64,000 nt of DNA from Macrostomum hystrix (taxonomy: Eukaryota > Animalia > Platyhelminthes): NCBI GenBank assembly GCA_950097015.1, contig CATNEN010000038.1, forward strand, positions 28,334,001 through 28,398,000. The letters are read 5' to 3'. The position numbers and the translations under genes are program-made. A model generated the notes under the pieces. That model did not search any database, was not told the origin of the DNA, and saw nothing but the letters and a program-made list of their open reading frames with translations. This document shows positions 13,811 to 25,139 of this stretch, piece after piece. Numbering within the stretch: position 1 is the first letter of the stretch; every line of letters begins with the position of its first letter.

Positions 13811-16800
13811 TCAGGTGGCTCTCGAACCAGCCTGTCGCTGAAGAAACACCGACTGGCTGTTCTTGTTAGCGTCTGGCTCACTTCTGCTGCGCTGGTGCTG
13901 GTTTGTAGGGCCTCCTGTTGGCACTGACTGACGCAGCCAAATTTCTTTCTGCGGCCTTTGCGAGGCGTGGCCGTTAATCTGCTGCTGCTGCTGCTGCCTC
14001 TGCCGCAGCGGTGGATCAGCGTCAAAGACGTGGTATTGTTGCCTTGAGCATATTGAATCCACGTCGAGATTCTCATAGTCGCTTGGCTTCTGGACACCAC
14101 CGCTAGAGGCATTTAACGGCGGCGGTGGTGACTCAGAAGACGACATCGACGCTGATGACTTACGCGGCGGCGGCGGCGGTGGTGTGCGCTGCTGAGGTTG
14201 CTGCGGTTGCTGCAGAGCAATCTTTGTCGGAGCCGGCCTTCTAATCACCGTCTCAGTTGCCTTGACCTCCTCGTCAGGCCAGTTGAGACACACAACCTCG
14301 CTGCCATCGTCCACTTTGACAGTGTTGCTAAAAGCTACTTGCGGTCGACCCTGTTGCCTTACCGGACGGCTCGGAGGCTGCTGCTGCTGCTGAGTCGGCG
14401 GTGGCGGTGGTGGTGGCAAAAGATACTCGTCATAGGTTGGATTCACGTGACTTCCGGGTTTGGGAAGAACTTTCGGTGGCGACGGCGACGGCTGTGTTGG
14501 CAACGGCTGCTGCTGCTGCTGCTGCTAGATTCCATGCAGGATGAATGGTTTGGCATTGACAGTTTGCTACTTAAATATTTACAATGATTTATGTTTTGAG
14601 ATTAGTTGCGGCAATACAGAGCAATGTCATGACATTTATTTTAGCTTTGGCTTCAATCACGGAGAGAGGAGAGAAAAACAACGATAAAATTTTAATTTAG
14701 GAAATAAATCATCAGACGGTTGACAGTCAAAGTGTTACTCATTCCCTGAGCACACGGATAACATGAGCAGGCACTCACACAAATGTTTCCTGATGTGTAC
14801 TGACGTGTACATCTGCCCTGACTATACCACCGTCAGGTAGTGGACATACGAGCTATTGGGAATTGGCCTTCGTGAGCGTACATTGCATAACAAGTCGCAC
14901 AATCCGCCAACCTTCTCTCGGTGCCTACAACCCAAATAACCTCAACCCTAGAGAAAGGATGTCGGCTACCTGTTCTGTGAGCCTGCGTTGTCAACTCATT
15001 GTTACGATGGGAGAGACCACGGAGGTATTTCAAACACCCGCTGCCTACTTCACGATAGATCCCGTACCGAATGACCGATTTTTGTGAAAGTCCACTGTTT
15101 ATACCAAAAATGTTCGCTCTTCATTGTTAACTAACTTTCAAAGCCGTTTAAGTCAGCGTCGTCAAAATTTTCAGCGATTCTTGTCAAGCAACCTGGTGAC
15201 AAGGACAAAAGACATTGCTCTGTATAAGCCTCTATGGCGAATCCATATTTGTTGATAATTATAGATATTAAGAAAATAATTATAACAATATATTTAAAAT
15301 AATGGAAGACATGGGTTCGTGATGGAATTTTGTGAGCAGAAAAATTCTGCCTTTATTGGTGTTTTTGCCCCCCAGACACCCCCAATGAGAATCGTTGAAA
15401 ATCTCGACGAAATGCCGATGTTTTGTGATTTATTAAGTTTTTTCCTCGAATGGAGTGGAAAATTTTAGTCTGTGATCTGAAAGACACAAAAAAAGAAAAA
15501 TATGGCTATTTGAAATATCTCCGCGTGGTCTTCCTACTGTGAATTGGCTGTTTTGCATTCTGTTTGTCCGATCAGATTCGAGATGTTTCTTACCTGAGAC
15601 TGTACCATATTAACAGACCGAAACTCGGGTTGCGAATGGTACATCACTTCAGGAGGTTGTTCATGATGTGCGTTTCTATACTGAGTTTGCTGCTGCTGCT
15701 GCTGCTGCTGAAGCTTCACAGGTGAAAAGCGTCGACTGTCGTTCTTTGAGCTCAAATCTGGCGAGGCACTGTAAATTCAATCAGCGGTATTTAATTTTCC
15801 CAGCTGTCTTGAAAACTGAGAGAGACAGACTGAATTGTCAAGCTGGCCCGCAGGTAGCTTATGGAGAGTAGCGAAGTCAATTAAATTGTCAACTGACAAA
15901 TATGCAAATATGACAAATTTACTGTTAAAGTTTGTTATGGCGATCGTGCAATTATTCTGGAAGTTTCTAGAAACTTCCCTCATTTGTTATAATGCGTGAG
16001 TTCATTTGTTTATTCCAGAATCTTCTCGACCCTTCTCTCGCATGCGCGCGAGCCATGTATGCCTTCTGGAAAGTCCCCCACTCGCGCTCCCGCCTATCAA
16101 TAGAAACTCCACGCGCAGTCATAACCAAAACTGCTTTGGGGTCCTCCAGCTATTATTGCTAGCCCAGACTACTACAAATACACGCTTCAAGCAAATCTAC
16201 TGCCGAGTGCTTGCTATCGGCGCACATCCGTTTCAACTATAACTCTACTACACGGAGCCTCTGCAGTGTTCGTTATTTGCAAGGATACTACAAAGTTATT
16301 GCCTTCCCTTCATTCGCGCGACTTACGAGTAACTACTCGCTTACCTATCACCTGTCATCTATTAGTTTTTTTCGGGGAGTGTGGCTCTACTCTACGCGTC
16401 GAGGCTTGTGTGTGAAATCAACGTCTGCAAGAATTCGTAAAAGTTTTAAGTTTTGTGTATTCACAACAATTGGTGTATTCTATTTTACTCTCAACCAACA
16501 ACCTCTATTTGTTTGAAGCTCTTCAGTGCCTGATCTCTGCTTTAATTTGCCTATTTTGCAGATCAGACTGTAAATCTATGGAGAATCTAACCACGAGCGT
16601 ACATTATTTCTAATCTCTTGTTATAATAAAAAATGGTTCATTTTTGGGGGAGTGTCGCGACTTTCGTCTCTGCCTTCTGTCCTCTATTCACTCTTTCGTT
16701 CTCTGCATGCACTTTTCTTGTTTACATCGTCCAGTTCAATCTAGTTCTTTCTCTCTCGCTATCTCTGCGGCTTATCTCTCATTCTCTATCCTTTCTTTCT

Positions 16801-18019
16801 TTCCTCCTTTCTGATTGGTCCGCCGCTCACATTCTAGCCTCCTCTCCTACCCTCAGTCGCGCACTCTTGTTATCGTACCGCCAACCTCCTCCAGTCTGTC
16901 CAACTTAACCATGTTTAAATATATAGTCCAGGGCACAACGCCCTCTCACACTTCACTTGACTTCGCTACTCTCCATAAGCTACCTGCAGGCCAGCTGCAG
17001 TTGAGTTGACAATTCAGTTGACTTCCAGCTAAACTGATAGGCAATGTCCCTTTCACAAAAATGGGTGCTGGACAAACCTCAACGACTTAATGGCGTCGGA
17101 CAAACGGTAGCACCTCTGAAAGCATTGTTCCAGTCGAGCTGGTTCTTGGCTAATGAAACTGAGTTAAATGTTTTGATCGGTTGGACAAAATAAGGCCAGT
17201 TGAATAAATTTATTCGTTTTTGCAAATAAATGAAAAAATTACAACTAAAGAATCCATTGCAGCAGTCTCCTCCATTTTCGATTAACTGTTAAAATATATA
17301 ATGCTTTCAAAATTTCTCTAAAATTCAACCCTGTCTGACAGCTCGCAATAGAAAATTTGTGTTACAATGATTCTTTCAGATTTAGTATAACTGCGCACAA
17401 CTGTTACTGTGGGGTGGACAACCGAATTTCTAATTTACCTAAAACTGATACCTTTTTGTAAAGGAACATTTCTTTAGGCTGAGAAACTATAGAGTGCAAC
17501 CTGGCTCATGTTTCATTCTGTTTTACGTAAGCTTCGTTAATTGTTTAATCGCTTATTTACTGCGTGGCTGTCGTCCTGTCTGCTCTCTTCTCGTCCCGGT
17601 GTACCCGTATTCCATAGGGTGTACTCTAATCATACTGAAAGCTGACAAGGTATAATAACAGACTTTTAAGAAACGAGTCTCACTATTCGGCCGTGGTTGC
17701 ATCTTCGAAGCCGTCCCGAATTAGGTCTCGAACGCCGCGATTGATCTCAGCTTCAAAGACCGTCTTGGCACCAATCAACGACTTGGACACGTTGCCCAGC
17801 GAATCCAGAAGACTCTGTCGGGTGCGCTCGACCGACTGCCCGTCAGGACTTTTCGTTGTCGCCGCGGTAGCCGTGGCGGCGACTAGCTGCTCCAACTCGC
17901 CAAGCTGACGCTCGGTCGCCTGAGTCTCCAAGCGATAGGACTGCAGAGTGGATCTCAACTGGGATCTTCGCTTGGCCTGCAACTGCTGCTGATGCGTCTG
18001 AGGCTGCAGCTGCATCGAG

Positions 18020-18083
<64 letters not shown>

Positions 18084-21000
18084 TGTACGGATAACTTTGC
18101 GTCGCACTGGTTGCACTCGAGCCAACGCCAATGCCCTGGTTGTTTTGCATCCGCTAAAATTAGTATAAAACTATTTTAACTTTGACAGTCTGCGATATTA
18201 ACATCGACCTGTCCAGTTACAGATAAAATTCTTGTCTGTGTTCTTATTTGTCGATTTGCTTAAAAAAGTTGATTAAATAAAAAAATTAATATTTAAGTAC
18301 AGCACGGTGGCAGCTATTGCGCGGCGCATCTGATGAAAGCGGCGTACAGAAGTTCAGATGTGGCGGACGCCACACCTTCCCTCAACTACCCCAGCTACTG
18401 GTGGTACCAATTTAACGACTGCAGGTGAACTGAAGTAAAACGGAGTTAAGTTTCTTGCTAAAAGACAGGAATCGAACTCCCGACCTTCAAGTCGTCAGTC
18501 CGACGCACCAACCACTAGGCTACAATCTCTACAACTCCTACTAGGCAAGTTGAGCTCTCCACTAACAGGTGACACTTCTACCTATGCTCTTAGTCGATCA
18601 AGAATTTTATCCTTCATTTTGTGTGTTAGCGATCGCTTTCTTTGTGATCGCTTGCGCACCTTTGGTGGCATTAGTCCTAATTAGGCTCGGCGACCAATTA
18701 GGCTTTAGGGTCAGTTGCAAAACAATGGACGACTGTCAAATGGTTAGAATGACTCATGTTTGTGAATGTATTTTTCCATGTGCCTGTTAATTATTTTCAC
18801 CAAAATTGACACCTGCAAAGTCAAGCTAGGTGGATATTTGGCTCACCTGAAGGCAAGCCAGCCTCTCAGCGAACATTTGTTCCACATCCAGTAGGCTCTG
18901 GCGATAGCACGCCCGCAGCGCCTCGAACTCTGATCTGAGTCGGACCAAGTCGTGCCGAGTTCGAACCAGGGCCTCATAAAAATTGGCGCCCGATTTGACT
19001 GCAGAGTTGGCGGTTCAGGGCTTATTAATTCGCATTTGTCTGATCATTTTTATAGAAATATTTGTAGCCATCGTTAAGCATGATTGGAAAAAGACGGGAA
19101 CAAGTGGTCCGGTGAAGTGAGCAATAGCATACTCAAGGACCTTGACGATATCGAATTTGATAGCACACCGAATATTGGTGACACTAGACCCGCTGCAAGC
19201 GAGGAGGCAGTTCTGCCCATTCCGCTGACCCCTGAGCACACACGCACATAGATACTGTACGCTGGCACACGCTCGCACAGGTGTGTACATCTGCCCTGAC
19301 TTTCTCATCGTCAGGCAGTGTACACTATCACTGTGGCTTGGAGGTTGGCCCTCAAGGGCGTAAATTGCACGACAAGCCCCCAAGCCTTCTCTCCGCGGCT
19401 GCGCCTCAAATGAATGTGGCCTCGCCGTGGAATCGAGCTCAGGGACCTTGGTGCGAGAGGCAAACGCGTTAACCGCTCTACCACTCACCTCCTATTGGTT
19501 GTCCTATGAAATGTGGTAAACTTATGAAGCTATGGGCATAGGATAGAGCTAAATAATCTACAGACTTTGTCATTATTAAACAATTTTCGCCCGAGTGTCA
19601 TGCTGAAATGAAGCTGCTGTTGATAAAAGTACAAAACTGTTTATGTTTTCGCGTTCGTTAGTGTAAGCCAGGTCCGCATTCACTCTGATTTCGATTTCAG
19701 ATGATGCAGAAGATAATAAAAGTCAACACTGATTGACAATTTTGAAGGGTACAATAGCTGTCGGAAATGCTTCCTCCAGAAAACCTTCTCGTCGTTTCCT
19801 TTGACTCTCCTCTTTAATCTCTTGCTCACCAATTAGTTAATCAGTACGCTTCACTGCACTTTAATTGTTTCGCTTTCTATCGTCCTTTTAGCCCATAGAC
19901 TACGCATCCTACCCGCCCCTTGCTAACTCAATCGTTGTCTATGTTTTTAATTCCGTGCTCGGTAGAGTTCCCCTTTAGTTGCTTCTAAGTGCGCACTAAG
20001 CCCACTAGATCTTCGGACCAAATTCTTTTTACTTTCTAAATACAAGTTTAATACAAGCAAGGAAATTTTGTCCCAAGCGACAATAGCAAATGGATTGTGT
20101 TGTTTCTGACACAGATGCAACGGAGTTTGACGGAGCAGAGCTAGGATTAGCAATAAAAGAAAAATTGTTCCAGAAAATATGGTTCTGTTTAGCTACTCAA
20201 GTCCTGATCCCACACAGAGCTGAGTATTGTCAGAATGCGTGCACGAAAAAGATTGATGGCTTTAGAGCAAATCTATGCAGATCTATGGTAGACACTCTAA
20301 CATATATACAATATGGATTGATCAATCGATATGTCTATAACTCTTCAGTCGGCGATGCTTTCACAGATGAACCACATTGGTTTCCATGACACTATTTTTC
20401 TCAAACAATAACAAAGTAAGTCTAGCTTAAATGAACATCAATTTATACTCTAAACTTGCTTTATAGAAAAGTGACTTGCTTTACAAGTAAGAAATCTGGT
20501 TTTCGAGAAATGCACTTACAATTAATAGTAATAAAAATAAAAATAAATATGATAATAAGGAAAAATAGTACCAACTGTCGCATGAGGGCTGTGGGCAATG
20601 GAACATCATTTAGTAACACTAGACCCAACCAGCGAGGAGGCAATTTCGTCCATTCCGCTGACTCCTGAGCACACACGCCTCAGATACTGTACACAAGCAG
20701 GCACACGCTCACACAGGTGTGTACATCTGCCCTGACTTTCTCCTCGTCACGCAGTGTACACTCTCACTGTGCCTTGGAGGGTGTAAATTGCACGAAAAGC
20801 TCCATGCATTTCATTGTGTTCTATTGTAACAAAAACATTCGTTTGTCAACTTTCGATCACCATTAAACTGATAGGACCAAAGCTGTCTTATGAGCAAAAA
20901 TTCACACAGGGTTGTGTACACATTGCCCCGTATCTTTCAGTCTAGCAGAGTCAAATCGTACTGGTGACTCGATAAATCAGAAAGCAAAAACTCTAGAGAA

Positions 21001-24000
21001 TCGAACTACCAAGAATTGCACAACTCTGAGGGACTGGAATGAGTAGAACTAGGTGTGTAGTTTCTGTATACTACTGATCTCAGATTAAACTCTGCTAGTA
21101 AATGGCATTGCTAGCATAATGCGCACAATTTTAAGGAATTTAATGGATTTTGTTATTTCCTGTGACCAAGCTTTCCCCGTCCTCTCACAGTCCAGTGTGC
21201 CGCCCCGCACTAATGCCCTGCTTCTAGTGTGACGGCGTGCTTAGTGTGAGCCAATTGAACGGACTGGGGAGAGGAAACACGAGACCCAGCTGCCGCCATC
21301 CTCAGGACTTGGATGATGGCTTAGCCGGATGAGAACGGCATTAGCGCAGGCGAGAGAACAGGATTAGAACAGCCGTTCCGCGCCGCGAACTCCCAAAAAT
21401 CCGACAAGACTCAGCCCCCCCGCGCTTCGCCAGCCAGTTGGGGAGGCCTGTTTTGTATCAATATCGATTTATTGGAGTATGGGAGTTTGCTTTCGGGACA
21501 GTGCATGGCACGCAGCTGATTGGCGGGTCCCTCAGCCCTTCTACTGGCTTAGTAGTGAGTTTATCGTATAGCGTCAGTATTACTCGCTGGGTTTATACTT
21601 TATAGTGTTCGAAAACTGTTAAAAGTGCACGCGTGGTCGAACTCACATCACGAATTCATGAAACAGACCGAAAGAGTCCAGATATCGAGAAGTGGAAAAA
21701 CGTACCTAATCGAATTGTGATCGCCCAGTCTTATCACAGTGGGACAGCCCATTTGATTGGAATGTGGTAAAATAAAGTAGCAAAATTAGTATTCTACTTC
21801 TGGTTCGCAAAGTCAATTAATCTTAAAAATTGATTTGCAATTTTTCTAATCGTATCTGTTCAGTGTCAGGGTTTGATTAAAGTTAAACATATTATGCAGA
21901 ATTTTCCAATTCTGTTGGGATTGTAATTGAAGGATTTAGGTGGGATTGTAATTGAAGGATTTAGTTGGGATTTTAATTCAAGGCTTTAGTTGGGATTTTA
22001 ATTGAGGGATTTAGGTGGGATTGTAATTAAAGGATTTAGTTGGGATTTTAATTGAAGGATTTAGTTGGGATTGTAATTAAAGGATTTAGTTGGGATTGTA
22101 ATTGAGGGATTTAGGCGGGATTGTAATTGAGGGATTTAGGTGGGATTGTAATTGAGGAATTTAGGCGGGATCGTAATTCAGGGATTTAGGTGGGATTGTA
22201 ATTGAAGGATTTAGTTGGGATTGTAATTGAAGGATTTAGGCGGGATTGTAATTGAAGGATTTAGGTGGGATTGTAATTGAAGGATTTAGGCGGGATTGTA
22301 ATTGAGGGATTTAGGCGGGATTGTAATTGAAGGATTTAGGTGGGATTGTAATTGAGGGATTTAGGCGGGATTGTAATTGAAGGATTTAGTTGGGATTGTA
22401 ATTAAAGGATTTAGTTGGGATTGTAATTGAAGGATTTAGTTAGGATTGTAATTGAAGGATTTAGTTGGGATTGTAATTGAAGGATTTAGTTGGGATTGTA
22501 ATTGAGGGATTTAGGTGGGATTGTAATTGAAGGATTTAGGCGGGATTGTAATTGAAGGATTTAGGTGGGATTGTAATTGAGGGATTTAGGCGGGATTGTA
22601 ATTGAAGGATTTAGGTGGGATTGTAATTGAAGGATTTAGGTGGGATTGTAATTGAAGGATTTAGTTGGGATAGAAATTGAAGGATTTAGGTGGGATTTTA
22701 ATTGAAGGATTTAGGTGGGATTGTAATTGAAGGATTTAGGTGGGATTGTAATTGAAGGATTTAGTTGGGATTTTAATTGAAGGATTTAGTTGGGATTTTA
22801 ATTGAAGGATTTAGGTGGGATTGTAATTGAGGGATTTAGTTGGGAATTTTAATTGAAGGATTTAGGTCGGATTCTAATTGAGGGATTTAGGTCGGATTCT
22901 AATTGAGGGATTTGGGCGGGATTCTAATTGAGGGATTTAGTTGGGATTCTAATTGAGGGATTTAGGTGGGATTCTAATTGAAGGATTTAGGTGGGATTCT
23001 AATTGAAGGATTTGGGCGGGATTCTATTTCAGGGATTTAGTTGGGATTGTAATTGAGGGATTTAGGCGGGATTGTAATTGAGGGATTTAGGTGGGATTAT
23101 AATTGAAGGATTTAGTTGGGATTTTAATTGAGGGATTTAGGCGGGATTGTAATTGAGGGATTTAGGCGGGATTGTAATTCAAGGCTTTAGTTGGGATTTT
23201 AATTGAGGGATTTAGGTGGGATTGTAATTGAAGGATTTAGGCGGGATTGCAATTCAAGGCTTTAGTTGGGATTTTAATTGAGGGATTTAGGTGGGATTAT
23301 TAATTGAAGGATTTAGGCGGGATTGTAATTCAAGGCTTTAGTTGGGATTTTAATTGAGGGATTTAGGTGGGATTGTAATTGAGGGATTTAGGTGGGATTG
23401 TAATTGAGGGATTTAGTTGGGATTTTTAATTGAAGGATTTAGGTCGAATTCTAATTGAGGGATTTAGGTCGGATTCTAATTGAGGGATTTAGGTCGGATT
23501 CTAATTGAGGGATTTAGGTCGGATTCTAATTGAGGGATTTGGGCGGGATTCTAATTGAGGGATTTAGGTGGGATTCTAATTGAGGGATTTAGGTGGGATT
23601 CTAATTGAAGGATTTGGGCGGGATTCTATTTGAGGGATTTAGTTGGGATTGTAATTGAGGGATTTAGGCGGGATTGTAATTGAGGGATTTAGGTGGGATT
23701 ATAATTGAAGGATTTAGTTGGGATTGTAATTGAAGGATTTAGTTGGGATTTTTAATTGAAGGATTTAGGTCGGATTCTAATTGAGGGATTTAGGTCGGAT
23801 TCTAATTGAGGGATTTAGGTCGGATTCTAATTGAGGGATTTAGGTCGGATTCTAATTGAGGGATTTGGGCGGGATTCTAATTGAGGGATTTAGGTGGGAT
23901 TCTAATTGAGTGATTTAGGTGGGATTCTAATTGAAGGATTTAGGTGGGATTCTAATTGAAGGATTTGGGCGGGATTCTATTTGAGGGATTTAGTTGGGAT

Positions 24001-25105
24001 TGTAATTGAGGGATTTAGGCGGGATTGTAATTGAGGGATTTAGGTGGGATTATAATTGAAGGATTTAGGTGGGATTGTAATTGAAGGATTTAGGTGGGAT
24101 TGTAATTGAAGGATTTAGGTGGGATTGTAATTGAAGGATTTAGGTGGGATTGTAATTGAAGGATTTAGGTGGGATTGTAATTGAAGGATTTAGGTGGGAT
24201 TTTAATTGAAGGATTTAGGTGGGATTGTAATTGAAGGATTTAGTTGGGATTTTTAATTGAAGGATTTAGGTGGGATTGTAATTGAAGGATTTAGTTGGGA
24301 TTTTTAATTGAAGGATTTAGGTTGGACTGTAATTGAAGGATTTAGGTGGGATTGTAATTGAAGGATTTAGGTGGGATTGTAATTGAAGGATTTAGTTGGG
24401 ATTGTAATTGAAGGATTTAGGTGGGATTCTAATTGAGGGATTTAGGTGGGATTCTATTTGAAGGATTTAGGTGGGATTCTAATTGAAGGATTTAGGTGGG
24501 ATTCTAATTGAGGGATTCAGGTGGGACTGCTATGGAATAATCTTAGTGGGATCGTAAAAGTTTTTTGTTTGAATTGTAATTCAATTCAATCTCAGTTCTT
24601 GAATTAACTGTAAAAATGACTCACCACTTTGAGCAGAGATTGCGCTATCTAGACTGCAGTTGCTGGGTATGTGTTGGGATGTGGCATGCTGCTGCTGCTG
24701 TTGCATGAAACAATTACTTTGATGATTTACTTGAAGCTCTGTTTGACCTTGGCGATCACTGAAATAAAGTTAGATAATGCGCTGATACAATAATAGTTTC
24801 TAGTTGTCCTGTTGAATCTAGTGTCCGGCTGCAGTGTTCAGGCAATAAAAACGTCATGCCAAGTAAGTCAGAAAGTGCGCAATGAAAATGTGGCCAGATT
24901 CAATGATAAAGAATCTATGGAGTTCGCGCTGCAATGTCCAAACAAGACTGGACAGAATAATAGTCAGATAAAATCGCTGCCTTCATTGTGGAGTGGAATG
25001 AATGAGGAAATCGAAAGGTTAAACAGCTGTTGCACATTTAGAGATAGCATTGCTTACCTGTAATGTGTGTCTGCCATCTGCTGATGCTGCTGGTGCTGCT
25101 GCTGT

Positions 25106-25139
<34 letters not shown>

